From the IMG/VR virus record IMGVR_UViG_3300008952_002488, positions 32,001-96,000 of that record: DNA of 64,000 nt; one strand, written 5' to 3'. The stretch is from a virus. A program made the translations under genes and the position numbers. The number at the start of each line of letters is the position of its first letter. Within the stretch, counting starts at the first letter, position 1. This document shows, in pieces, positions 46,227-55,222 of this stretch. The notes under the pieces were generated by a model. It made no database searches, was not told the origin of the DNA, and saw only the letters and a program-made list of their open reading frames with translations.

Positions 46227-46414
46227 TGCTGCATGGTTATAGGTTTGCTATATTTTTTCTAGTTGCGTGTATTTTTCACGACGTATATTATGAAGTAGTG
46301 ACCGGATTTACCTTTGGGTACGTCGCTGCGCTTTTTTATTACGTTATGCGATATAGCGAGCTTATGCACTTTTACAAGGAGAACAACCAAGGTGAAAAAA
46401 ACGACAAAAAATAA
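46226..46414 (+). CDS. Small two-TM membrane protein
   Basis: Two hydrophobic segments. Confidence 0.55.
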   Translation: MLHGYRFAIFFLVACIFHDVYYEVVTGFTFGYVAALFYYVMRYSELMHFYKENNQGEKNDKK

Positions 46415-46631
46415 GAACATAGTTGATATTGGGGATATTCGCCACTCAAGGCTGACTCACACCCTGAGTTTTACGGTAGCATGTAGCCCAGAAGCGATTC
46501 GAATGGTAGAAGATTTTGCCGGACGAAACGACATGACGGCTGAAGAAACAGCAGAGGAGCTTAGAAAGGTTCTTGAGACTGGCATATTTACGAACTATCA
46601 CCGTGGTGGACTACGGATAAAATACAGTTAA
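46392..46631 (+). CDS. Hypothetical protein
   Basis: GTG after AAGGAG. Confidence 0.5.
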   Translation: MKKTTKNKNIVDIGDIRHSRLTHTLSFTVACSPEAIRMVEDFAGRNDMTAEETAEELRKVLETGIFTNYHRGGLRIKYS

Positions 46632-46857
46632 TGTGGTTTAGGTTCTATACGGGAGTAGTGGTTGCTGCTTATTATCCGATCTATTTGACCATTTTGGCAA
46701 CGGATAAGATCAAACAAAAACTAGGAGTCTAAAAATGGTTAGAGACTTTGCTTCATGCACTATAGCCGCTGCTGCCGGTTTTGCTTTCCTTGGCGTTATT
46801 GCTGCTATTATGATACGGGACACTCTGAAGGAAATTGATATTGGTCCATTTAACTGA
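46631..46857 (+). CDS. Two TM micropeptides (46631-46732, 33 aa; 46735-46857, 40 aa)
   Basis: Hand translation: MWFRFYTGVVV.. and MVRDFASCTIAAAAG..; SD GGAG before the second. Confidence 0.45.
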
Positions 46858-47302
46858 TGATGGTTGGGTTTCGTTAGGCGGCGAAGCTATCGCCGATATT
46901 CGCATTCGGATTAAGAGGCGATTTGATGCCGAGCGATTTACATTTCACGTTGGAACGGATAGCAAGTCCTACCTTGACCATACGATTATTACTACAACGA
47001 TTTGTTTCCGAGAGAGTGGACACGGCGCTTTGGTAGCATACCAGCGAAATAAAATAGATAACTTTAATAATATTACCGAAAGACTTTTACACGAAACCCT
47101 TGTTTCGTTGGAGGCCGCCCGCCTGGTTCAAAGTGTTACTGGCGAATTGCCCACGGTTCATGCAGACGTAAACACCAAGGAATCAGCCTTGAGTTATAGA
47201 ATGCTTAACGTCATAGTGGGAATGGTCACAGGGATGGGCTTTCCGGTGAGAGTAAAGCCTGATGCCTGGGCGGCTGACATAGCAGACATGTTTACGAGGT
47301 AA
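46835..47302 (+). CDS. RNase H-like YkuK (DUF458) family protein
   Basis: HVGTDS, RLLHETLVSL, VHADVN, KPDAWAA..AD. Confidence 0.8.
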   Translation: MILVHLTDDGWVSLGGEAIADIRIRIKRRFDAERFTFHVGTDSKSYLDHTIITTTICFRESGHGALVAYQRNKIDNFNNITERLLHETLVSLEAARLVQSVTGELPTVHADVNTKESALSYRMLNVIVGMVTGMGFPVRVKPDAWAADIADMFTR

Positions 47303-47351
47303 CTCTCGTGTGGTATAATGAATAGCAACAAAAACAAGGAAAGGAGAAACC

Positions 47352-47753
47352 TTGATTATCTCTGAAGAAGAACAACTAAGAAGAATTAAAGAGTTTAAGA
47401 GGTTTTGCCGTAAGAACAGACTTAGATTAAAAGAGTCGGCTGATGGGCTACCTATTGCTACGGCGATAGGAAAGTTTAAAGACGATCAACTGTCTTGCTT
47501 CTTCGAAAAAGACATGATGTTGTTATACGTCCGCCGAGACACCAAGAATCAATTCACCTTCCTCAAGAAGAGGTTGATAAGCATGGGGTGTGAAGAACAT
47601 GCCATCGGCGATGATGAGGGAGTTTTTAGGGTCGGTCACTTTGACGTTCCTGCTGTTGCCAAGCATCTCAAGATCGTCAAAGGCAAAGCCAAGGTTAGGA
47701 ATCCCACCTGGCTCAAAAAGAAAAAGACAAGGAAAGAGTTTGATGTTCGATAA
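47352..47753 (+). CDS. Hypothetical protein
   Basis: TTG after AAGGAG; -10 TATAAT upstream. Confidence 0.6.
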   Translation: MIISEEEQLRRIKEFKRFCRKNRLRLKESADGLPIATAIGKFKDDQLSCFFEKDMMLLYVRRDTKNQFTFLKKRLISMGCEEHAIGDDEGVFRVGHFDVPAVAKHLKIVKGKAKVRNPTWLKKKKTRKEFDVR

Positions 47754-47961
47754 GTCCCCAATTCCTAAAGAGTATGAACTTGATGATATTCGAGTGATGT
47801 TGAGAAGATGCGGCGAAGACCCTGCGTTGATGAAGTTTGTTTCCAATGTTCTGATTGCTGCGGGATACTGGCACAAGAGGGCCAATCTTTACTTGATGAT
47901 GCAACCTTTATATTTCTTGTTCGGTTTTGTGGCCTGTTATCTTGTGATGGGTCAAAATTAA
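47743..47961 (+). CDS. Small C-terminal TM protein
   Basis: Hydrophobic C-terminus. Confidence 0.5.
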   Translation: MFDKSPIPKEYELDDIRVMLRRCGEDPALMKFVSNVLIAAGYWHKRANLYLMMQPLYFLFGFVACYLVMGQN

Positions 47962-47962
47962 C

Positions 47963-48175
47963 ATGTTAAAAGTTGGAGATCTCGTTAAAGAGTGTGTTCC
48001 GCTAATGGCGGGCGATGTTCCCGAGCGGCTTGGTGTTATCCTAGAGGAGCCACACTCGTCTGCCCTCAAATGGTATAAAGTTTTATTTGACAAGCCCGAA
48101 ATGATTCATTGCAACGCCTTGAGGAAAGTGGAGACTTTTTCGGGGGAAACGAATAATATTTCAGCAAAAGAGTAG
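47963..48175 (+). CDS. SH3/KOW-like mini-protein
   Basis: MLKVGDLV..LGVIL..YKVLF..LRKV. Confidence 0.7.
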   Translation: MLKVGDLVKECVPLMAGDVPERLGVILEEPHSSALKWYKVLFDKPEMIHCNALRKVETFSGETNNISAKE

Positions 48176-48241
48176 CGAAGCTCGCCAAATTTTTTTTCAC
48201 AACATAGTTAAAATTAGACCCTTTAACAAGCAGGCAGGAAA

Positions 48242-48709
48242 GTGAAAATACGAGTTGCATTTTGTAAAGAGGAAACTACATGGCACCTCAAAATGGTGAA
48301 ATGGTGGACAAAGAGCAACTATTCGCACGCAGAGCTAGTATTACCCGACAACCGTTCCCTAAGCATTTCACCCGTAGAACTAAAGGGCGTGAGACAGCAG
48401 ACAGAAATAGACTTTAGCGACAAAGAGTTGTGGGACACTGTAGAGATCGACGTCGATGAGAACCAATACAAAAGGCTGCTTAACTTTTACAACAAAACCA
48501 AGGGCGATGGATATGACTGGATCGGAATGCTACTATCACAGTTCACTCCGTTTCACGTCAAACGCATCGGGCGCTGGTATTGCTCCGAGTGGATTGCATA
48601 CGCCCTGAGAATTATATGTGTGGTTGACGATGTGTACGCATACGCAGATCTGTCTCCGCAAAGGTTATACGAACTGCTGCAAAAACCGAGTGACTCAAGT
48701 GCCGACTAA
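48242..48709 (+). CDS. Permuted papain-like (YiiX/NlpC-P60) amidase
   Basis: YSHAEL (His) precedes YD..G and WYCSEW (Cys). Confidence 0.75.
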   Translation: MKIRVAFCKEETTWHLKMVKWWTKSNYSHAELVLPDNRSLSISPVELKGVRQQTEIDFSDKELWDTVEIDVDENQYKRLLNFYNKTKGDGYDWIGMLLSQFTPFHVKRIGRWYCSEWIAYALRIICVVDDVYAYADLSPQRLYELLQKPSDSSAD

Positions 48710-48950
48710 AACGAAAGAAGCAGCCTGTTATTATCCGGGTGCGCTTATCCAAGCAGCCAAAAACATATATTCGTCTTCGACCGATCCAATGTTTGAAGCA
48801 GAGATTATAAAAGAAGGCACTGTTGGCGTTTTAGTCCAACGCCATGAAGACGGGTACCATTGGAATGTCAACTTTTTAGGCAGACACGATTCGTGGTGGT
48901 GCAGCGCAGCAGAATTTATACCTTACAACTTAAACGAAACAAAAAAATAG
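48699..48950 (+). CDS. SH3-like mini-protein
   Basis: YPGALI..VGVLV..WNVNF. Confidence 0.55.
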   Translation: MPTKTKEAACYYPGALIQAAKNIYSSSTDPMFEAEIIKEGTVGVLVQRHEDGYHWNVNFLGRHDSWWCSAAEFIPYNLNETKK

Positions 48951-48980
48951 TGTAATATTAATCCACGAAAGGAGCCAACA

Positions 48981-49298
48981 ATGGCAAATTACAATTATCA
49001 ACAAATCTACGAGGAAGAACTGAGTGAAAGTATCAAAACTTCTTTGGAACTACCCCGTGGATTTTATGAGCTATCACACCAACAACGGATGATGGTCGAA
49101 GAGCTTGTGGATTTCGGAGCGAGGCAGGCAACCGATGCCGTGCTCAATCCGGAAGTTCTCCAAGACACGGCTGCCCTAGCGGCGGAGATGGGTGCTCAAC
49201 TGTACCAGTTCGCAAACATGGTGAGCGAACATGTTCACGACGTGGCACCTTTCGACCACTTTGAGGCTTCTTCGGACCCAACGGATGAGTCTATTTGA
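48981..49298 (+). CDS. Hypothetical protein
   Basis: SD AAGGAG. Confidence 0.6.
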   Translation: MANYNYQQIYEEELSESIKTSLELPRGFYELSHQQRMMVEELVDFGARQATDAVLNPEVLQDTAALAAEMGAQLYQFANMVSEHVHDVAPFDHFEASSDPTDESI

Positions 49299-49593
49299 AG
49301 CCGGCGATTTAGTGGAGGTCCAACAACAGCAGGGTACACGCCCATGGACGCTTTGTAATAGGACCACTGCGGAAGGGCACACGCTCGAAGAGTGCTTGTC
49401 TTTTGGTGACGTCAAAGATGAATGGAATCGATTAGTTTATAAGTGTTTCCACAAAAAAATCGGACTAATAAGGAAGGTTGTCAACAACAAACTTGGACAA
49501 CCACTGATCTACGAAATTGAGTTCCCCGAGGGAATATATTCCTGTAAAGCTATTTTAGCAGACAAATACCTAAAAAAAATAACTAGAAATTAG
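49285..49593 (+). CDS. SH3/KOW-like protein
   Basis: FEAGDLVEV..IGLI..YEIEF..LKKI. Confidence 0.6.
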   Translation: MSLFEAGDLVEVQQQQGTRPWTLCNRTTAEGHTLEECLSFGDVKDEWNRLVYKCFHKKIGLIRKVVNNKLGQPLIYEIEFPEGIYSCKAILADKYLKKITRN

Positions 49594-49709
49594 GCAAAGT
49601 ATTAATAAGATTGGTATTTCGGCAGCCTATTTAATGTTAGGCGACCCTCGGGTATATACCTGACACCACCAGGGAGGGATCGGCATGTGGAGCATAGGAG
49701 GAAATAATT

Positions 49710-50198
49710 ATGCCAAAGGTAAAAATTACAGACACTAGAGGTCTGGAACAATCAACGGGGTCTGGTCTTGATGTCGAAAGTCCAGTAAGGCTTCGTTCAG
49801 GTAATGCAGCATCCGGCGCACCAAGCTTGATGGTGGCTACCCAGGCTCACGCAGAGCCAGGAACTAGCAACCAGACAATCACCATCACCCAGTTAAAGAC
49901 GGGCATTTTGGCTGATGACCCAGAAGGAAATGCCAACTGGACACTGCCGACAGCAGCGTTGCTGGTGGCTGGTCTTCCAGGCTATGTAGTTGGCGATTGC
50001 CTTGATTTTACAATTGTCAATGAGGCTACTTCGACGGTAGATGAAAAGATCACCGTGGTAATGGGTACTGGCGGAACTGCCGTTGGACTTATGGTTGTGG
50101 ATAGCCAGCTAGTTGCTGGTATTCGTGGCTCTGGTAGTGGGATGTTTAGAATTAGAATAACATCTGCCTCGGCGTATACATGCTATAGATTGGCTTAA
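49710..50198 (+). CDS. Probable virion structural protein (head decoration/fibre-like)
   Basis: Thr/Gly/Ala-rich beta protein, WTLPTAALLVA..YTCYRLA; late motif at 49627; SD AGGAGG; own terminator. Confidence 0.6.
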   Translation: MPKVKITDTRGLEQSTGSGLDVESPVRLRSGNAASGAPSLMVATQAHAEPGTSNQTITITQLKTGILADDPEGNANWTLPTAALLVAGLPGYVVGDCLDFTIVNEATSTVDEKITVVMGTGGTAVGLMVVDSQLVAGIRGSGSGMFRIRITSASAYTCYRLA

Positions 50199-50223
50199 AG
50201 TCTTTCACGACATGTGTTACACT

Positions 50224-50246
50224 AGGCATCCGCAAGGGTGCCTTTT
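50224..50246 (+). terminator. Rho-independent terminator
   Basis: AGGCATCC-GCAA-GGGTGCCT followed by TTT. Confidence 0.8.
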
Positions 50247-50264
50247 GTATTTTATGGAGCAGAC

Positions 50265-50579
50265 TTGAGCGAACAAAAGAAGAAGCCTCGCAAAGATAGA
50301 GCGAGAGCCAAGAAGAAAAACCACAAGTTGACCAAACGGCATATCCAAATGATCCGCTCTCAGAGGGGAAAGATGTCTGTGCGTGAGATATCCAAATGGT
50401 TTGCTCGCCAGACTCACTACATTTATAAATGCTCTCCGACGATGGTTCACTATATTTTAACCGAGAAGTATCACAAACCCAAGGAAAAACAACTCTCTAT
50501 CTACGATTTGATAAATAATAGCGAATTAGATGAAAAAAACCTTGACGAAATAGACCCTCGTGATGTAAACTATGAGTAA
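50265..50579 (+). CDS. Basic HTH-like DNA-binding protein
   Basis: KLT..I..IR..MSVREISKWF..SPTMVHYIL. Confidence 0.55.
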   Translation: MSEQKKKPRKDRARAKKKNHKLTKRHIQMIRSQRGKMSVREISKWFARQTHYIYKCSPTMVHYILTEKYHKPKEKQLSIYDLINNSELDEKNLDEIDPRDVNYE

Positions 50580-50588
50580 GGAAAAGAA

Positions 50589-50762
50589 ATGAGTTACGAC
50601 CCTCAACTTATAAAGCAGTTGTTTAGTGCGTTTGAGGCGCTTAATGAGGGCTGCGAAGAGATGTATAGGTTAACCATGGCACACAATCAAGCTATCAAAG
50701 ACCTGCAAAAAAGAATAACTATTTTAGAAAAAAAGTTAGATGAAAAAGATAATTCACGTTAA
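50589..50762 (+). CDS. 57 aa coiled-coil protein, not in ORF track
   Basis: Hand translation MSYDPQLIKQLF..; promoter TTGACG-N18-TAAACT at 50542. Confidence 0.55.
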   Translation: MSYDPQLIKQLFSAFEALNEGCEEMYRLTMAHNQAIKDLQKRITILEKKLDEKDNSR

Positions 50763-51006
50763 TCAGCATAAGATCCGTGCCAACACCAAGCATGGAACAG
50801 ATGATCCTGTTTTAACGGTAAAAACATATAAAGAAAACAAATATGCCCACGAGGCTATACTAAAGACCAAAAATGGTGTAGAGTTTGCTAAGGTGATATA
50901 CAGTCCACACAAACCGCTGAGTTGCGGGGCGAGGGTCTGGATTGAGCTAGACACGGACACTACGGATGTTGATTTGATTGTTAGAGAAGGAGAAAACAAT
51001 GACTAA
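50740..51006 (+). CDS. Conserved phage hypothetical protein
   Basis: IIHVNQHKIRAN..KPLSCGARVWIE motif recalled from large phages. Confidence 0.7.
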   Translation: MKKIIHVNQHKIRANTKHGTDDPVLTVKTYKENKYAHEAILKTKNGVEFAKVIYSPHKPLSCGARVWIELDTDTTDVDLIVREGENND

Positions 51007-51181
51007 CAGCAATGTACTAAACAAGTGGACTGAGCTTAAAACGCTCGTGGAAACTATTGAGGACGACGTTCAAAAGAACGCCACTGGCAACAAAGCTGCC
51101 GGCACTCGTGCTCGCAAAGGACTTCGATCCTTGAAGAACACAGCTTCTGAGCTTGTTCGTCTCACGCTCGGAAAGGAATAA
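50999..51181 (+). CDS. Histone H1-like Hc1-family small protein
   Basis: GNKAAGTRARKGL signature. Confidence 0.75.
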   Translation: MTNSNVLNKWTELKTLVETIEDDVQKNATGNKAAGTRARKGLRSLKNTASELVRLTLGKE

Positions 51182-51183
51182 TA

Positions 51184-51624
51184 ATGAGCACCACAGCAAC
51201 ACAGGGTGATACCGTAAAGGTTCACTACGAGGGAACCCTCAACGACGGCTCACAGTTTGATAGCTCCTACGACAGAGGCGAACCCATCGCATTTACTGTT
51301 GGAGGAGGGCAGATGATTCAAGGGTTTGATGACGCTGTATTTGGAATGACCGTCGGAGAAGTTAAAAATATTACTTTGGCTCCGGGTGAAGCCTATGGTG
51401 AGCCTGATCCGGATGCATTCACCGATCTCGACAAGAGTACCTTTCCGGAGGATTTTGAGTTCACCACTGGCGATAAGGTTCCCTTGTCTGGTCCCGACGG
51501 GACGTATTTCATTGGCACCATCACCGAAGTTAGAAACACAGACGTCACAATTGATCTCAATCACCCGATGGCTGGCAAAGACCTGAACTTTAAAATCGAA
51601 TTACTAGAGATCGGAGAAAGCTGA
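51184..51624 (+). CDS. FKBP-type peptidyl-prolyl isomerase (SlyD/SlpA type)
   Basis: VHYEGTL.DG..FDSS, P.EAYG, DLNHPMAGKDLNF. Confidence 0.93.
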   Translation: MSTTATQGDTVKVHYEGTLNDGSQFDSSYDRGEPIAFTVGGGQMIQGFDDAVFGMTVGEVKNITLAPGEAYGEPDPDAFTDLDKSTFPEDFEFTTGDKVPLSGPDGTYFIGTITEVRNTDVTIDLNHPMAGKDLNFKIELLEIGES

Positions 51625-52136
51625 TGGACTCTACGAGAAGCTTTGTTAAAATCTACAAGGTCAGTCCCGAAGAAGCTGAAGATTTTCAATTCGACTTCGA
51701 ACCAACGGAAGGCGATCTTCTCCAGCAGCTTGTACCAAACAATGATGATTGGGGAGGCATTGGCTGGATAGAATTAGAAGAATACGAATATAATATTCAC
51801 GATGAATCGATGCACCTCACTCTGGAAACCAAGTGGGCTGCGCCTACCGAGTGGCTGAGGAATGCTAGCATCGGTATTCATTATTTTGAGAACAAGCTCA
51901 TCACCATGGCAACAATCCAGAAGGATGAAACCTGTGTGACTGGCGTCGCAGTCATGGACGGCGAAATCCTCCAAAATAAGACCATTTTTGAGATGGAGTC
52001 AGAAGAAGTCGGCAAATATTACGACGACGAAGAGCATGACTACGAGCTAGATGACCTAGATATTAAAATTTGGGACTCAATCGGTAAATTCGTAACGGTT
52101 TGCCAGCAATTTTACCTCAAAGGGGATGAAAAATGA
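51624..52136 (+). CDS. Acidic hypothetical protein
   Basis: Coupled ORF; LETKWAAP motif. Confidence 0.6.
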   Translation: MDSTRSFVKIYKVSPEEAEDFQFDFEPTEGDLLQQLVPNNDDWGGIGWIELEEYEYNIHDESMHLTLETKWAAPTEWLRNASIGIHYFENKLITMATIQKDETCVTGVAVMDGEILQNKTIFEMESEEVGKYYDDEEHDYELDDLDIKIWDSIGKFVTVCQQFYLKGDEK

Positions 52137-52462
52137 AATTAAAGCTGTATGGAATAGAGGTGGTAGAAGTAGCAAGGAAGTTTCCTGAATTTGTTTTAGA
52201 CAGTAAAGAGTTTCCAGAGTTAGAACTGGAGATGCAAGCTGTTGCTGAAGCTGATTTCATGGGAGATCGCAGAGGCACTCAGGATGCTCTAGAGACGCTG
52301 TACGATAAGATGTACGAGACTCGTGTAAAGGGGAGCCTGGACAATTCCAGCGAAGACGTTATGTCGATTGTTGGCCCTTTCGACGACGCAGAAAACATGA
52401 TCGAAGACTACGGTGATACCGAGATTACCTTTCGCTTATCAGGCGTGGATCAAGAAGATTGA
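52133..52462 (+). CDS. Acidic hypothetical protein
   Basis: ATGA-coupled ORF. Confidence 0.6.
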   Translation: MKLKLYGIEVVEVARKFPEFVLDSKEFPELELEMQAVAEADFMGDRRGTQDALETLYDKMYETRVKGSLDNSSEDVMSIVGPFDDAENMIEDYGDTEITFRLSGVDQED

Positions 52463-52582
52463 AACTTCTGGCTGCAAGAGTATTATTTTTCTTTGCTAGG
52501 CTGTTTCAAAGCAGGGGGATGCTCCTTGGGCAGTGGTTCCAAAACAAGGGCATCCTCGTGCTCTCTAAGGTGAGGATCAAAC

Positions 52583-52885
52583 GTGATTAGTATGCTTTTA
52601 GCGGGGCTGATTGCAGCACCAAACTACAGTGTAGAACGCAAAATGACCCCACGCCGGGTCAGAGCAAAAGCACACCAAATCGTACAAATGTTGAAGAGGC
52701 AAGATCCTCGTGTTCTTCGTTCGGTGATGTATTATATGGGGTGGGTTCCGAAACTAGAGTTCAAGCGTGAGAAATCGCCGGCACCCTGTAAAAAAGATAA
52801 ATACAAATCACAACTGGATAAGCTAAACGAATGGGAACTTGATATGCTATTAGATATGGCAGGCATCCCAAGGAAGAAACAATGA
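52583..52885 (+). CDS. Hypothetical protein with hydrophobic N-terminus
   Basis: GTG after GAGGA. Confidence 0.55.
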   Translation: MISMLLAGLIAAPNYSVERKMTPRRVRAKAHQIVQMLKRQDPRVLRSVMYYMGWVPKLEFKREKSPAPCKKDKYKSQLDKLNEWELDMLLDMAGIPRKKQ

Positions 52886-53274
52886 AATATATTATTCTGA
52901 CCTCCCTATTTCTCACAGCAGTCGGAGGCTGTAAGATTGCCCCAGTCAAACACTATACATCCCACGAATGCTGTCAGCGACTGAGCCTTCACAATAAAGA
53001 GATGGAGAAGTTCACCCGCTATTGCAAGGTTGCCTTGTTCCTGCATCGAGGGGACACAGTAGATGATAAGAAGATTAAAGAGATAGCCCAGCGTGGTGTC
53101 AACGTTTGCAAGTTTGTTTTCGGAGTACAGACAGAAGAGCAACTACTGTCAGTTTCTGACCTGAATGAGGGTTACCACAAGGTTCGCCATTACATCATCA
53201 GAAACCCCTCTGAGAATGGTTGGCTATCACCACTTGACTGCGACCCGCTGCAACCAACTTGCGAGGAATTCTAA
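52882..53274 (+). CDS. Cys-rich lipoprotein
   Basis: Signal peptide ending in lipobox-like VGGC. Confidence 0.6.
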   Translation: MKYIILTSLFLTAVGGCKIAPVKHYTSHECCQRLSLHNKEMEKFTRYCKVALFLHRGDTVDDKKIKEIAQRGVNVCKFVFGVQTEEQLLSVSDLNEGYHKVRHYIIRNPSENGWLSPLDCDPLQPTCEEF

Positions 53275-53278
53275 AGCG

Positions 53279-53500
53279 GTGAAGTTCGAGTTCCTATATC
53301 GCTGCGAGCATGGCGAAGAAGTCAACAACGGTCTTAAAGACAAGTGTGTATTCGAGTTCGTTTTCGAAGAAGGTCCGCACCACTGCCCAATATGTGGACA
53401 CAAATTAACCCGGATTTCTAGCGGACCAACTGTATCGGAAATCCTCCGCAAAGGAGAGCAAGAGGCCGCCCGCTACAACAAGAAAGGCACACAAAAATAA
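53279..53500 (+). CDS. Zn-ribbon protein (FmdB-like)
   Basis: YRC..C..CPICG..LTRISSGP. Confidence 0.55.
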   Translation: MKFEFLYRCEHGEEVNNGLKDKCVFEFVFEEGPHHCPICGHKLTRISSGPTVSEILRKGEQEAARYNKKGTQK

Positions 53501-53501
53501 A

Positions 53502-53769
53502 ATGCAATCACTTCTAATAGGACTAGTAGTAATAACAGCAGGATTCCTTACAGGCAGAGCAATACACAGCTTTGTTAACTTTGTTATGGAAGCTATAGAG
53601 AAACACAACAGGGAGAATAGGGATGAGTAAAGACAGTCTCAAAAGAGTAGTAGATAGAGTAAAGAACAACATAGGTAAGCGTAGCAACATGGTATTGCTA
53701 GAGGTGCTCGTTATGGTTGCTGCTGGTGTAACTATTGGCTGCGCTGTTGGCTACTTCTTGTTCTTTTAG
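53502..53769 (+). CDS. Two TM micropeptides (53502-53630, 42 aa; 53623-53769, 48 aa)
   Basis: Hand translation: MQSLLIGLVV.. and MSKDSLKRVV..YFLFF. Confidence 0.45.
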
Positions 53770-53900
53770 ATAACTGTTCAGCCTTTTGTTCAACAAATGC
53801 TGGATAATGACTGCAAAAGTTGTATTATTTATAAGTGATTGTTTTTACAATCTAACGCAGCCATTAGATACAGAAAATAAAGCGTTATCAAGGGATTATG

Positions 53901-53940
53901 CTATTGCCAGCCATTGTCTGCTTTTGTCAGCGTTTGTCTG
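53901..53940 (+). repeat. Four tandem 10-bp imperfect direct repeats (CNWTTGYCWG)
   Basis: ctattgccag ccattgtctg cttttgtcag cgtttgtctg. Confidence 0.75.
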
Positions 53941-53947
53941 AATGTGC

Positions 53948-53976
53948 CTAATACATGTATAATCGATAGCAGTCAA
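53948..53976 (-). promoter_or_regulatory. Candidate leftward promoter into noncoding DNA
   Basis: Minus strand TTGACT-N17-TATTAG. Confidence 0.4.
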
Positions 53977-54011
53977 GGGCAAAGAAAAGTGAGAAAAAAG
54001 CACATAAAAAG

Positions 54012-54042
54012 TTGACAGACTGTGTATCCATGCTAATATACT
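54012..54042 (+). promoter_or_regulatory. Strong sigma70-type early promoter
   Basis: A-rich UP element, TTGACA..ATGCTAATATACT. Confidence 0.8.
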
Positions 54043-54063
54043 TATGAGAGAGGGAGACACTAA

Positions 54064-55104
54064 ATGTCTGTAGACTTCAAGACTTTTGTGAGCCTAGCAC
54101 CCAGCGTGAGTGCTGCTCGATTGCCGGTTCTTCTCCGTGGTCGCCACGGTATTGGTAAGAGCCAAGTTGTTTATCAGTTGGCTGCCGCTGCCGGCTTGCC
54201 TGTTGTTGAGCGTCGTGCCAGCCAGATGACCGAGGGTGACTTGGTTGGTCTGCCTAGCATCGAAGGCAATCGCACCGCCTTCAATCCTCCTGATTGGTTT
54301 AAGCAGGCTTGTGAAGAGCCGGTGGTCTTGTTCCTCGATGAGGTTGACCGTGCTACCTTGGAAGTTCGCCAAGGAATCTTTGAGTTGACGGACAGCCGGA
54401 AGCTCAACGGTCACAACCTTCACGACGATACGCTGATCTTCGCTGCCGTCAACGGCGGGGAACACGGCGAGAACTACCAAGTGAATGAGATGGATCCTGC
54501 GGAACTTGACCGCTGGTCTGTTTGGGACATTGAGCCCACGGTAGAAGATTGGCTCGCATGGGCTAAGAACAATGTTGACGGTCTCATTTGGGACTTCATC
54601 AACCAAAACCGTGCCCACCTTGAGCACAACGGTGACATTGAGCCGAACAAGCGGTATCCCAGCCGTCGGTCTTGGGATCGCCTTGACAAGGTGCTGAAGC
54701 AGGCAGACGCTTTGGAAGCCAGCCCTGCAATGTTTAACCTGGCTCAGAGCTTCGTCGGCTTCGAAGCTGCTGTCGCTCTCAACGACTACGCTAAGAACTA
54801 CGAGCGGGTTGTCACGGTTGAGCAACTGCTCGAAGGTGAGCGGGTGGAAGCCCTGGCTGCTTTCTCCCTGAATGAACACTGCGCCTTGATCGAAAAGGTC
54901 GAGGCTGAAGAAATCCTCAAGGCTGAACTCAGCGAGGGTCACCTTGAGAACCTTGCCAACTACTTCGTGACGCTGCCCAGCGAGGCTGCCATGAAGCTTT
55001 GGGGAGTGATCTCCCAAGCCGGTGTCCAAGACAATGTGGTGAAGTTCCACGGTGCCAACGAAGGTGCTGTCGGTGCCCACCTCTCCAAAATCCTGGGAGC
55101 CTAA
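54064..55104 (+). CDS. MoxR-like AAA+ ATPase
   Basis: Walker A GRHGIGKS, Walker B LFLDEVDRA, AAVN, MDPAELDR, PSRRSW. Confidence 0.9.
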   Translation: MSVDFKTFVSLAPSVSAARLPVLLRGRHGIGKSQVVYQLAAAAGLPVVERRASQMTEGDLVGLPSIEGNRTAFNPPDWFKQACEEPVVLFLDEVDRATLEVRQGIFELTDSRKLNGHNLHDDTLIFAAVNGGEHGENYQVNEMDPAELDRWSVWDIEPTVEDWLAWAKNNVDGLIWDFINQNRAHLEHNGDIEPNKRYPSRRSWDRLDKVLKQADALEASPAMFNLAQSFVGFEAAVALNDYAKNYERVVTVEQLLEGERVEALAAFSLNEHCALIEKVEAEEILKAELSEGHLENLANYFVTLPSEAAMKLWGVISQAGVQDNVVKFHGANEGAVGAHLSKILGA

Positions 55105-55124
55105 CTCTCTCTCATCCCAGGTCA

Positions 55125-55156
55125 GGAGCCCGGCGCAAGCTGGGCTTTCTGTTTTG
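55125..55156 (+). terminator. Rho-independent terminator
   Basis: GGAGCCCGGC-GCAA-GCTGGGCTTT then CTGTTTT. Confidence 0.75.
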
Positions 55157-55173
55157 AGGGCAGCAATAAAAAG

Positions 55174-55204
55174 TTGACAAACACTGGATCAATGCTATTA
55201 TACT
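55174..55204 (+). promoter_or_regulatory. Strong sigma70-type early promoter
   Basis: AAAAAGTTGACA..ATGCTATTATACT. Confidence 0.8.
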
Positions 55205-55222
55205 AGTGGAGAGAGGGACAGC

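Noticed and set aside
52515-52557. ~13-bp hairpin in an apparent gap
   Set aside because: Lies inside a plausible 43 aa ORF (52459-52590), has no U-tract and no other support.
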